Shown piece by piece: positions 50,341 to 63,474 of a DNA stretch of 64,000 bases. The translations under genes were made by a program, and so were the position numbers. The notes beneath the pieces were generated by a model. It was not told the DNA's origin. It did not search any database and saw only the letters and a program-made list of their open reading frames with translations. This DNA is from Octopus vulgaris (taxonomy: Eukaryota). How positions within the stretch are numbered: position 1 is the first letter of the stretch; the number at the start of each line of letters is the position of its first letter. The stretch spans positions 149,420,001 through 149,484,000 of the forward strand of contig OX597816.1 of NCBI GenBank assembly GCA_951406725.2. The letters run 5' to 3'.

Positions 50341-50575
50341 GATTCAAGGTCTGAGAGTTTCGTGTGTTGGCACTTATCAAACTAGTCAAGCCTTCGACCT
50401 GTGGCTAGTTTAATGACGCACGAAACTCACTGTTGCTTCTGCTAAATATTAACAAAAATATACTTATACTCATATTTTGAGTACTGTTTTTTCCTATTTG
50501 TACCAACAGCAACTGCAAACTAGATGTGTCTATTCACCAACAATACAGAGCATTCGCCATATTTCATTCCACATC

Positions 50576-50658
50576 GGCTACCTCTGACGAATGCAGGGTT
50601 ACACAATCGAATTGTTACCCAACAATCCCTGGCGCGAAACCGATTGGTGAGATCAGCC
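50576..50658 (+). ncRNA. Hammerhead ribozyme remnant in a Penelope-like pLTR
   Basis: ggctacct-CTGACGA-(gcaggg..ccctg stem II)-GAAAC-cgattg-GTG-agatcagcc; the cleavage triplet appears mutated to GUG. Confidence 0.6.
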
Positions 50659-50689
50659 ATAATGGATATATAATACTGTACACTTCGGA

Positions 50690-50973
50690 TAATATATATA
50701 TATGTGTGTGTGTATTTATATACATACATATAGATATATATATTTATATATATGTAGGTATGTACATATATGTATGTATATATGCATATATTTATATATT
50801 ATTTATATTATACATATATATATATTTATATATACATACATATATATAATTATATACATATATATATATTTATATACATATATATATATATACATATATA
50901 TATTTATATATACATATATATTTATATACACATATATATATTTATATATACATATATATATATAAATATACAT

Positions 50974-51004
<31 letters not shown>

Positions 51005-51030
51005 CAAATATATTTATATTTATATATAGA
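50690..51030. repeat. (TA)n-rich low-complexity tract
   Basis: Direct reading of the sequence. Confidence 0.95.
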
Positions 51031-51031
51031 T

Positions 51032-51385
51032 AGCATCAATTTTAAAATCCATCCAAGACTTGGCCTCCGCCCACTACAAAAATCAACTCGGTACACATAG
51101 TAGTATTACGTCACAATTCCTTTACCTCAACTGGTCCAGCTCTCTTTAATACCATACCAAAATGCGTCAAAACGGAAACGAATCCCATAAAATCCAAGTG
51201 TTCACTGGACAAATTTCTTCAAAAACTCCCAGGCTGACCTCCTACACCCGGTTATGTCTCCAACAATAATAACTCTTTGTTAGAGTGGGCTATGGTGCCC
51301 CATATTTGACTAAAAGACTTCACCAGGTGGTGCTATTGAGTTAGACATGGCCTGGGCCTATTCTGGCCGAAACCTATCAAAGTTA
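51032..51385 (+). mobile_element. CR1-group LINE 3' end
   Basis: NSFTSTGPALFNTIPK..LDKFLQKLP..PTPGY..NNSLLEW, homologous to the C-terminus at 10050-10260. Confidence 0.65.
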
Positions 51386-51425
51386 TATATGTATGCATGT
51401 GTATATATATATATATATATATATA

Positions 51426-54400
51426 CCATCATGGCTCGGCTTCGCAAACGTAGATCAGGAAGGCTGTCCACGTCGTGTGCATGCACGCTAATGTCTGACA
51501 AGTCCGATACGGGAAAGGCAGATCCGTGAGCAGTGTCCACAGACGAAGGTAACATCCGGTATGGTGTCAGAGGCGGCTCGCGCCTTCTTCCTGCGTCTCT
51601 TGTTTTTAAGCGCATCTCTTCTTTGTTCCTCAAACTCGCTGACTGCGTTGAAGCTCGTGTGACGCTAGACATCACGGTCCGCAGCCAGGTCTGACCAGCA
51701 TTGGTGGTCAATATGACATACTCTTAGAGATTTCTCGGAGCTCCTCTCACACGGTTGCCGGTGGAAAGTTCGCCAAACTGGGCAATCTTATGAAGGCGCC
51801 ATGATAGTTCGTTAGCCACTACACACATTTTTTTCCCTCATTGTTTTCTGTGTCTCTTTCTGTAGAAGTGCGTAGGCTCGAAACGTAAAAGACTTTTTCT
51901 ATTCCTGAGCGTTATACTAATACATATGTTTGTTTTGTACACCACCTGTCTTCGTCTTTTGTTTTTTTCGTAAACTCACCCAATCTTAGGAAGGCGATGG
52001 TTCTCCATTCTGGAGACATACCCTGCCCATCGGAGGTGGGACTTCAGTAGCATGGCTGGGGATCTCGGCCCGCTCCAAGACTTCAATGTTTGTGACGAAG
52101 TCACACCCTTGTATGTTGAGGATAGTGCGGAGACATCGCTGGTGGAAGCGCTCGAGGAGACGGATGTGACTGCGGTAATTGATCCAGTTCTCTGAGCCGT
52201 AGAGAAGAGTGGTGAGAACCACGGTCCTGTAGACACTGATCTTTGTTTTGTTCTTCATGTTATTATTGTGCCAAACACGTTTGTACAATCTGCCAAAGGA
52301 CCTATTTGCCTTTGAGAGAGTCTATTTTCAATTTCTTTGTCGATCTTTGCATCGAATGAGATGATGCAGGCCAGGTATGTAAACTGCTGTGTTGATTTCA
52401 GTTCGGTACCGCAGATAGTGATGCGGGGTGGGCTGTATTCCTCTTGGGGTGTAGGTTGGTGAAGTACCACCGTCTTCTTGAGGCTGACCTCCAAGCCAAA
52501 GAACCGTGAGGCGTCTGCAAAGCAGGACGTGATGCGCTGCAGAGCTCGCTCTGTGTGGGCGATGGGCGACAAGGACAGCGTCGTTTGCGAAGAGAAGGTC
52601 TCGGATCAGCCTCTCCTGGGTCTTGGTGTGGGCTTGGAGGCGCCGTAGATTGAAGAGGCTGCCATCCAGACGATACCTAACATATACTCCATCCCCATTC
52701 TCCATATCTTCAGTTGCATGCTTGATCATCATGCTGAAGAAGATGCTGAAGAGAGTCGGTGCCAGGACACAACCCTACTTCACGCCGTTGGAGATGGGGA
52801 AGGGCTCCGACAGGTCACCATTGCGTCTGATCTGACCACGCTGATTCTCGTGCAGCTAGATCACCATCTGTAGGAACTTGGTGAGACAGCCAAGTCGTTA
52901 TAGGATGAGCCATAGTCCTGTCCTGCTCACTGTGTCAAACGCTTTTGTGAGGTCGACAAAAGTAGCATAGAGACCCCTGTTTTGTTCTCGGCATTTCTCC
53001 TGAAGTTGGCGGAGGACGAACACCGTATCCATCGTGCCTCTGTTGGCTCGGAAGCCACACTGGCTCTCGGGGAGATTTTCTTCAGCGATGGTTGGTACGA
53101 GCCTATTGAGCAGGATCCTGGCAAGTACTTTGCCGGTGATAGAGAGTAGGATGATTCCTCGGTAGTTGGAGCAGTCAGACTTTTCACCCTTGTTCTTGTA
53201 CAGGGTTATGATGACGGCGTCGCGAAGATCCTGTGGCAGCTTGCTCTGCTCCCAGCAGCAGACAAGAAAATCATGGAGCTTGTCATGGAGCGTCGGACCT
53301 CAATTCTTCCAGATTTCTTGTGGGATGCCGTCAACTCCTGCTGCTTTGCGACTCTTGAGTTGTCCTATGGCTTCAATCGTTTCTTCGAGGGTGGGTGGTT
53401 CGTTGAGCTCCTCTTTGAGTGGAAGTTGAGGAATGCAATGGATGGCAGCGTCCTGTACGGTACGGTTAGCACTGAAGAGGCTTTGGAAGTGCTCGGACCA
53501 GTGAGCGAGGATGTAGGTGCTATCGGTGAGGAAGTACTGTCCATCTGCACTGCGTAGGGGACTCTGAACCAGGTGGGTGGGGCCACACACTGCTTTCAGA
53601 GCCTCATAGAAGCCTCTATAGTCTCCGAGGTCAGCGCACAGCTGGGTTCTCCACGCCAGGTGCTCCCACCACTCGTTCTGCATTTCTTTGAGTTTTCGCT
53701 GTAGGGTGCTGCATGCGCGTCGAAAGGTAGTTTCTTTACAAGACAGACTGGTTGTGCGAGGTGGGCCTGATGAGCTACTCTCTTCCTTGCTAGTAATTCC
53801 TGAATCTCTTGTCATTTTCATCGAACCAGTCCTTCTTTTTCTTCTTTGTGTGCCCGAGAACTTCCATAAATGTCTTAAGGATGGCTGATTTCAGGTTCTC
53901 CCACAAGGTGTCTGGGGTGGTGTCATCAGTGCAGGGGAATTCGTCTAGTCTTTACTGCAGGTCTGCTTGGAACTTGATTTTCACTTCCTCCTGGCACAAG
54001 CTGTCGACGTTGAGTTTCTTTACGGAGTTACCTTTCTTCTTGGGTTTGGGTTTGAACTGCAGTTTGAGCTTGCAGCAGACAAGGCGATGGTCGGTGTGGC
54101 ACTCTGCACTGGACATCACTCTTGTGTGTAGAACGTCTTTCAGGTCCCGCTGGCGCACAAGTACATAGTCAAGTAGATGCTAATGTTTGGACCGGGGATG
54201 CATCCAAGTTGTTTTCAGACGGTCTTTCTGTTGGAAGATTGTGTTGGTAATAGCAAGTTGGTGCTCTGTGCAGAACTCGAGCAGGAGGTGCCCGTTGTCA
54301 TTACAGCCAGCAACGCCGTGTCTTCTAAGGAATCCTTTCCAAGCCTCAGAGTCCCTCCCAACTCTTGCGTTGAAGTCGCCAAGGATCAGGACCTTGTCGT

Positions 54401-55560
54401 TTGCAGGGGTGTTGTTCAAGAGTCTGCACAGATCAGAATAGAAGCTGTCTTTGTCCGCAGGATCTGCCAGTAGAGTTGGAGCATAAATACTGAAGAGCAT
54501 GAGATGTTGTTTGCTCTCTGGTGGTAGGCGCATGGATATGATGCGGTCCGAGTGGCCCGTGGGTAACGTTTCCAGTTTGGAGGTGATGGAATTCCTCACC
54601 ATGAGTCCTACACCCGACACACGTTTTTCAGATGATGGTTTCCCGGACCAGAAGAGGGTGTAGCCAGCGCCGCGTTCTTTGAGGCTGCCCTAGTCAGCGA
54701 AGCAGACCTCGCTGAGAGCTGCTATGTCAATGTTGAGACGGGATAGTTCATGGGCTATAAGAGCCGAACGACGTTCCGGGTGGCTGCTGTCAGACTTGTC
54801 AAGTATGGTCCTGACATTCCAGCAGGCAGTGCTCTCCCTAAATAGGGCTGCCCGGTCACTCAGGATACTGCCGAGTGGTGTCGTCGCCTCCTGGTCGACA
54901 ACCAGGTGACCAAAGTCCTGAGCCACCTACATGTAGGGTCGAGACTACGGATTCCAGTGACATCTTCCACCTGCCGCTTTCGCCCCTTTGCCATCGCTGC
55001 AGGGCTTTTAGGATGGCTGGTCACAGAACGTGGACATACCCTTTGGCCTGCGCTAGGGAGTTTTAAGGTGAAGTGCAATGCGCGCAAACTGGCCCCACCC
55101 TTTAAACACGAGGTTCATCTGCCATGGCCTAGCGAGCTGGAACGGTGACAGCGAGATCCTCTGGCCGTAGGTTTGAAGTCGGAGTTACCCTCTCCGAGGA
55201 AGGTTGCCGACCATGGCTGACGAGCCTCTCCTGCTCGTGCCATCCAAACCATAGCGAAAGAGGGAAAAAGATCAATGGTTTTCAGTAGGCGTATACTACC
55301 CGGTTGCCTAGACCGGAGTAGGGGGTTAGCTTAGGAGACCCCAGTCGGAGCCTTTGACTAAAAAGTCTATCCACAAGGCAGCAGAGCGAGATCAGGGAGT
55401 CGCACCCATTGGTAGACGATGACGAGTAAACTAGTTCATACGCCATTGCTTGGTCATTAACCAAACTGGGGTCCCAATGATCACGAAATTCCATTTGTGC
55501 CGTTGACCAAATGGTTCTTCCGCCACTTCTGGTATATAATGCCTCGGCTGAGACAAGGGA
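51426..55560 (-). mobile_element. Near full-length RTE/BovB-clade LINE (APE + RT pseudogene), GC-rich
   Basis: ACWNVRT..DIAALSE, SIYAPT..LGDFNARVG, TTWMHPRSKH, TDHRLV, KAAGVDGIP, FVDLTKAFDTV, LLFAND, FTYL, LLYGSENW and C-terminal CGHCSRIC.SRIGL; several frameshifts and stops. Confidence 0.93.
51735..51975 (+). mobile_element. Penelope-like pLTR fragment with variant hammerhead, inserted in the RTE
   Basis: gtctcttt-ctgtagaag-tgcgtaggctc-GAAACGTA-aaagac (51852-51893); AT-rich segment interrupting RTE coding sequence. Confidence 0.55.
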
Positions 55561-56041
55561 CAGTGACAATACAATATGTACATTTTATATACACACACAC
55601 ACACACACACACACAGAGTTTAAAATGCAATGCAATACATACAATGCACACACACACACACAATTACGGCAGTTCTAAGGTTTTGAGGAATGTGGAATCA
55701 CCTTTCAGCCACTATTGTTATAGCAGATCAGATCAGACCCGGAGGAATGGATTAATTATCACATGATCCTCTAGTTCTCGTTAGAACTTCCTTCTTGAAG
55801 GTAAACTCGCATATGAAAAAAAAAATTGAAATAGTCGGTTTCTGGCCGTCTCAACCTCTGTTGTACCATTGGTTTTATAGCTGATTGCGGTGAAGTGGGT
55901 TCAGTGCTGTGCAACACTTTAACAAATTAACGCACAGGAACTTCTCGGACTCTTGGAACTTAATGAATTTAGGAAATGGTCTAAGTTGATTTCCACTATA
56001 TATATGTGTGTGTGTGTATGAATGTATGTATGTGTGTGTGT

Positions 56042-56084
<43 letters not shown>

Positions 56085-59000
56085 GGTAAAGACCCCCTTC
56101 AGTCATGAATGACTATGAGATTTCACCTAAAAAGTTCCCCTCCAAGACACAAGTCTGGGCAAAGTTGTTTATGGAGGATCAACAGTCGCCATGCATACAT
56201 ACATTCATACATACATACATACATACATACATACATACGTACATACAAGCATGCATGCATGCATGCATACATACATACATACATACATACATACACGTGT
56301 GTATGTGGATGTACGTCTCTATGTATATGCTTATGTATGGGTATATGTGTATTCTTGTAATGAAACATTCCCTATTTAAGCAAAAAAAAAAAAACCGCTT
56401 TCAAACGAGAAAATCTGTGTCACTTTTTTGTGATAAGCTAATTATTAAAGTGGAAAAATAATCAGAAAAGCATTTTCTATTCATTGTTTTTTTGCGTACG
56501 TACACGTATACATGTATTATACATATATGCATACATTTAGAGAGAAGAAAGTGTGTGTGTTTGCGAGGGAGAGATCAGCAAACTAGGATGCTATCGACAC
56601 ATGCATCAGCCGAGTAGACGGAGAAATATCGAGAGAGATGGAAGAAAATGTAAGAGTGGAAGAGAAGTAGTGATGTGAATGAGTACGTGAGAGTAATAAG
56701 AGGGAGCAAAAAGCGAAAGGGGATAGGGATATAAAGAGCCGGCTTTTCCAATATATACAACAGGTAATTGCAAATCAGACGAAGTCCTTCGTCACATATA
56801 GACGCATATATCTGTGTATACAGGTGTCGAGTTGTATCTAATTGTATGTTAACAATAATTCACAGGTTCTGAGTTCAAATCTACTTCAGATACCAGATTA
56901 TCTTTGAAAAGTCAAAAGAACCTATCATCTATAATGCATACTTGTGATTATGAAAGGTCAAGTGACTCTTTTTACCGCACATAATATGTGAGATAATAGC
57001 TATCTTTTCATGTATGAGCGTGTTTCAGTGACATATTACCTTGTTACATTCTATTTTCTGTTATATATTTATTTGTTAATATATCTCATTTTAAAACTGA
57101 AATACGTACTAACGTAGGTGCTTCTAAGTGGTCGATCGATCAGCTAGAAATAGCAACCGAATTTCCCTCAAATTTCATCATACCGTATTAAAAACTGAAA
57201 AGCCATTTAATAATGTAGTTCTTAATACTCATAAGATGGAGGGGTTGTCATAGCTGGAATACTTTTGATCACAGTCTACTCGATTAGGTTTAACGTGGGG
57301 TTAAGCAACAACAATAACAACAACAACATATTGAAATATATATATATATAAATCATTGGGTGAAATGTAATTCCTTATTTAAAGTCTCATTTTGCTTCCC
57401 ACCATCTCTACATTTGTTACTTCTCGTTGTTTTTCTACCATTAGTCTCCCGGGGTTAAGATAACTTCCAACCCGGCCGATAGTCCTCAGCATCCATGTTT
57501 CAGACACAGTACCATCGCTATCACCACCACCGACAATGAAATATGAAGAAATACGCTGAGATTCCAAATAACATGCAGCAGTCTGTCTACCCACCCACCT
57601 ACTCACGTCATCCTCACAAACACAACCTCTGCTCTGTCTCAGTGTCACTTTGTTACTCCTTCATCACGTGGTGCCTCCCCCATTCAGTCACTACTGATTA
57701 TAGTAGTAGTAGTAGTAGTCGTAGTAACTACTACTATTACAACCACCACCACTCATTCGATCGGTCCTCACCTACCTCCGCTATTACCGTGGTGAGTCTG
57801 TGGGTGTGGAATAGTAAGTAGCTGATAAACTCGTAATGTTTGCTGTTCGGCAGCATCAAAAGAAAGAACCTGCTGGTTCCCAGATTTTATAGTCTGGTTA
57901 GAGCATCTGCATCACCATCACCATCACGAAATAACATACATCCTTGCTAGCTGCCATCCATTTACACATACTCCAATATTTACACTTATTTTTACGTAAA
58001 ACTTTATCAATGTTCCCTCATCTGAAAAGATAACGCTCCAAAAAGAATTCATTCAAAATAAGACATTCACTTCGTCCATCACTGCTTTCGCAAGTCCTGC
58101 AGAATTTTTCTTTGAAATTTCATATTTACATTTTAAAATATATAATCTTGCAACAAACTTTATTCTCTTGGAACGCGAACTCTCATATCAAGGTTTTACG
58201 TGCAGTTTTTATTAGTTGGTTTATTATTTTCATAGTTAAATGTTGTTTTCTTCTTACCTTTTACGTGTGCGAACAGCGATAGAAGATACATCATTTTGAG
58301 AGGAGACAGAAACGGGAAAACCTTCTAATTTACCAACTCTAAGAAATCAAACAACACAGACTGTGATTTAATCGAAAAGAAAGCAAATAACAACAACAAA
58401 AAAGAAGATACAAGATCAGTGTCTCTGATATGATGGGAATAAATAACACCGAAATATTTCATTTGTATTCTGAGTTTTCAGAATCACTTCACCTTAGATT
58501 TCCATTTAATACACACATGAATCATTATCATACTTCTCTGTCACACTTCCCAGTAACACATTTATATAAATAATCTAACCACACAGCCAGTTGCTCTATG
58601 TTGCACAACTTTCTAAGCGCAACAAACTCAATGTGACACGTCTGATATTACAAACTGCCGTTAACTATCTCTCTGATACATTCTGTCTTTCTATGCAACA
58701 ACCCTCTCCCTTTCTTTTGCCTCTGTAATAACTGTTACAATTCTATGTAACAGCATTATGTGCTCAGCAAATTTACTTCAAGGGAGTTTTGCTTCTCATC
58801 AATATTCAGTCGATACACTTTCAATTAATGGACTTTTTAAAAGATTTTTTTCATCTACCAGCACTCTTGATTTTACTTTTGTAAACTGGAATTAAGTGAA
58901 GGAAGAAAGAATATTTACTAGAAAAATAAAGAAATAAAACGAGAAAGCAGATTTAGGTGCCGTCCAATAATCAATTTAAACAGAGCAAGAGGCGAATGTT

Positions 59001-59205
59001 ATTACCGAAACAAGGAAGAAATACACGTATTAATAACTGACCCCACAAATTTTTCCTTCTCCATCCCACTCTTACGGGTACACACACACGCAAGTGTGTG
59101 TGCGCGTGTATATATATATATATATATATATTAATATTCAAACTCTGTGGTATTCTTGATATTGTCTAAAGACGAGAGAACAGGTAATTCAGTTCTCTCT
59201 GTCTG

Positions 59206-59260
<55 letters not shown>

Positions 59261-59866
59261 TACCACACTCTACTGTCACTTTGTGTCATCATGATGCACC
59301 ACCGACTACTAAATACTATTATCTCACCTTATGATTATCATCATCTTCATCATCATATATCGACTACTTGGTAAAATTACCTATGTAATAATAACCAATT
59401 ACGAATATAACAAAAGACAACAAAAAGTACCATTACTAAAAATTCAATGTATAACAACGAATTAGTTTATTAATAGGATATACAGACACACATATTTGCT
59501 TTTATACTCGTACGCACGCACATACATGTATAAAAATATCTATATATAGACGGATATCAATATTGTTGTGTATGTGTGTATGCGCGAAGTGAAATGCAGG
59601 TGTGTGTTTTCATCACTGACATCAAGCAATGCAGATACATTAACTGAAAACTAAAAATAACCCACAAAACGACGTCTGTTTTTATTTGTGGCAAGTTCGA
59701 GGTTTCATATTGATGCACCTGTCTGTTACATATTGATGCAAAATTAATTTGCATCCTTACCACAGAAGCTTGTACCGTGTATTTTTGCTATAACTTTTAT
59801 GTTTTTTCCTCATTGTTTAGATTAGTTTTTTTTTTCTTCTTTTTGTTACCCCCATATGTCGAACAG

Positions 59867-60040
59867 ACATAGTTTGGCCACTTTGACTGAAATCTGGAGT
59901 AAACATCAGAATGTTTCATCAAGTCCCCGTAGTAGTGGACAACACTACGCAAACCGGGTCTCCTCCACCTTCACCAATCTCATCGGTTCTAGTAGCAGCA
60001 TCCACTCCGACACACCGCAGCAACAAGGATCACTGCAGAC
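59867..60040 (+). CDS. Probable spliced exon of an unidentified host gene (Ser-rich; coding status uncertain)
   Basis: Polypyrimidine tract plus AACAG acceptor; GTAAGT donor; 174 nt, phase 2/2 and open (HSLATLTEIWSKHQNVSSSPRSSG..QQQGSLQT); non-repetitive and GC-elevated. Confidence 0.45.
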
Positions 60041-60252
60041 GTAAGTGTGGTACCATTTATTTATTTATATATATTTACTTTTTACTAACAAATCCCGCCG
60101 AGATCATCTTTGCCTTTTATCTTTTTGATAAAATAAAGTATTAGTCAAGCACTTGGTTGATGTAATCGACAACCCCCTCTCTCCAAGTTGCCGGTTTTAT
60201 GCCTGAAATTGAAAGATCATCATCATCCTCATCCTGATCATCATCATCATCA

Positions 60253-60287
<35 letters not shown>

Positions 60288-60545
60288 AAACAGGGCGTCA
60301 GATCAAAGTCTATGCGTTATTTAGTTATAACCCTTTACATTCTGAATTCAAGTCCCACTGTAGTTGACTTTGCTTCTCAACCTTCTAGTCTCGATTGTAT
60401 CAGTAAAGAAATGGGTTGATGTAATCAAGTATTATACCCCCACCGGCAAATGTATGACATTGTACCTATACTAAAAACCATTATTGTTATTGCTGCTGCT
60501 GCCGCATTTTTTTATTATTTTTATTATCAATCGATTTTTTTTCAG

Positions 60546-60639
60546 TCAACAGCTTCAAAGGAAACCTGGAAACATGCACTTATACCGGCCCCTAGCTGTC
60601 GTAACACCTTTTCATTTTGCAGGTGCACATCAGAGTTAG
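60546..60639 (+). CDS. Possible terminal exon continuing 59867-60040
   Basis: T-run plus CAG acceptor; in-frame splice gives TQQLQRKPGNMHLYRPLAVVTPFHFAGAHQS*; AATAAA at about 60836. Confidence 0.25.
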
Positions 60640-60878
60640 TCCGGATAAACGTTTATTCCACCCGTTTATCGATATAATACACATGTAAACCATGTAACTA
60701 AGAAAATTAAGCTTTTGTATAATGATCTTCATATTTTCCATTTATAGCTATTAATGTTCTACTACATAAAAAAACACTATCTGACTCACCGTTCCATTTA
60801 ATACTTACTGTTAACAGAACACAAAAGTACAACAGAATAAATACTGTTTTTAATCTAGATTTTTTTTTACCGTTTGGC

Positions 60879-60924
<46 letters not shown>

Positions 60925-61210
60925 GGAGTGTGTGTGTGTATACACAGATGTTTACCTAACTTTGCTCAAAGAGTATGGTTGGTTTTAACATTTTAACAAC
61001 ACTAAAAAGTGATGTGTGACACCTTGGCCAAAATGGAATTATATCTGTCGTTAGACATGTATGCACTATAATAAGCAGTCTTATGAGGCCAGTGACTGTC
61101 CCTATTTTACCTTGTGAAAATAAACAGCATAACCTACACTTATGCGTTGAGTACTTCAGATAAAGCTTGATTGGGTATATCTATGTGAAACTCACATCAG
61201 TGTATATACA

Positions 61211-61244
<34 letters not shown>

Positions 61245-61276
61245 AGAGAAAGATGCTCAATCAACTGAGCTATACA

Positions 61277-61690
61277 GGTGTAGGCATGGCTGTGTGGTTT
61301 AAAAGTTTGCTTCCTAACCATATGGGTTTGTGTTGTCTTAATGTGTAGCACCTTGGACAAGCATCTGCTATAGCCCTGACCAAAGCTTTGTGAGTAGATT
61401 TGGAGATGGAAACTAAATGAAGCCTATTGTATGTGTGTGAATGTATGTTGTCTCTCCTTATCATGACATCATCAGATACTGTCAAACATTTGATGATTTG
61501 ACTGGATCCAACAGGTCCATGGACTGCATTGTGTACCAGTGTCTGCTTTAGTATGGTTTCTATGGCTAGATGTCCTTTTCAATGCCAACCACTTTACAGC
61601 ATGTATTGGATACTGATTTCATGCCACCAACTCTAGTAGGGTGGTCATGCAACTTGCAAGACATTGAACCCCAAGTGAAGGGGAGAATGA
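61277..61690. mobile_element. Old tRNA-derived SINE plus RTE-tail SINE remnants
   Basis: ggcatggctgtgtggttt..gcaccttggacaag..ttgtgagtagatttgg; tatggtttctatggctagatg.. also occurs at about 2150-2290. Confidence 0.55.
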
Positions 61691-63147
61691 CCTTATGTTA
61701 GAAGATGAAGCATTAAAGTATGAGAAAAGAAACCAGAGCAGAACAGTTTTTTGTTCTTGTTATTGAGAGGTTACATAGCTACTCACATTTTAGTGAGTAT
61801 TAAGAGGCTACATAGCCTCACATTTTAGAAAAAGAGGATGGTGGGGAACCATTGGGGTGGAGTAGGAAAATATAAAATAGTGGCAATGAAGTGTCTGTGT
61901 GGATACTCAAAGGGAGTAGAAGTGAATAGAGGCAGAACTGTGAGTGTGACTGGGTTGAGGTTGCAAGAGTGTGGAGGCAAGTGAGAGATGGAGAATGGAT
62001 TAAGGGGTAAATGTAATGAAGAACAAGTGTTGGGTGGATAAGTTGATGAGGTAGGGAAGAGGAGGTGACAACTGTAGAGATTTGATAGAGTTCACAGGTG
62101 AATGTAGTAAATGGTGGATAAGGGGTAGATGACCAATAATGCTGAGAATGTGTGTGCTGAAGAGCAGCAGAATAGCAATGATGGTACTGTAGACAAGGGA
62201 AGGATCAGAGAGAGAGAGAGAGATGATGGGTGGTTGGGTACAGTGTGAGTGTATGAGAAAGGGAGAGAGAGAGAGAGGCCTGCACAATGTGTGGGGACAA
62301 TAAGAAATATTGATGTAAGATGTGGTTGTAGAGGACAGTATTAAGGATGTGGGATGTATATCAAGTGAAATATTCTGGGTAGTGAGAGAGGTTAATGATA
62401 ATATGGAAAAGCTGCAGTTAGAGAAATGAAGGGTAGTGAGGGTGTCTTTGGAGGGGGGTGGGATTGGTTATAAAGATCCAGTTGTGCACACACACACACA
62501 CACACACACACCGACAGGACTTAGTTTTGCTAGGTTGTGAAGGTCTTCTTGAGAACCACATGTTGCAGTTATACCATACCCTAGTCATCTCCTCCATGAG
62601 GTTCAAGGTCCTGAAATCTAGCTCTCACTGCTTTATCTCATCTTCCTGGGTCTCTCTCTTTCACATGTCCATACCAGCACAGTCTTCTTTCTTGCACACT
62701 ACATCTGATTCCTCTTATGCCCGATTATCCTCTCAGCACATTTGTACTTTGTCATTTTTGTATACTTGCACTGCACATCCAATGGAGCATACTCAATTCA
62801 TTTATTTCTAGTCTTCTCAAGTCCTTTGCATTCAAGGGCTATGTTTCACTATCATGCAGCATTGCAGTTATAATACAAGTGTCAGATAATCTGCCCTTCA
62901 TTCTGAGAGAAGAGTCCCTTGTTTCTTGTAGGGTAGAGGAACCTTGAACTGTTGTCTATAGTTACCCTACCCTGCTAATTATGTCTCCTAGGTAACAAAA
63001 ACTATCACACACACAAATTTGTAGTGCAATATATGGGTTCATATCCATATCACACAATATATGGATTCATATCCTTTATCACACAAAGCTCCTCTAGCAG
63101 ACTCAGCTAGCAGGCCACATTGTAATCCAATCTGGAAGAGTATAACG

Positions 63148-63474
63148 CAGAGTTCCCTGCAGCTGAAATTCAGGAGATCCAATTGATAAAATTATTTCAT
63201 GAGAAGTGTATAAACCATAAAATATCAGGAGGTATGAGAGGTAAATATATTTAACTACTTGTCATCCTTAGGATTACACCCATTTTGCAGCCTTCATCAT
63301 GTAATAATAATTTCAGTGCATATAATGTTTACATATCTGCTGTAACATGCATGTTATGCGTTATATAATTGTATGTTTACAAATCCATGATGCCTGGCTT
63401 TTTATGGTTTATATACTCTTCATGAAATACTCGCTTTGATCAGATGTCCTGGATTTCAGCTGCATAGAACTCTG
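63148..63474. mobile_element. Possible MITE (about 30-bp imperfect TIR)
   Basis: cagagttccctgcagctgaaattcagga / tcctggatttcagctgcatagaactctg; no TSD visible. Confidence 0.4.
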
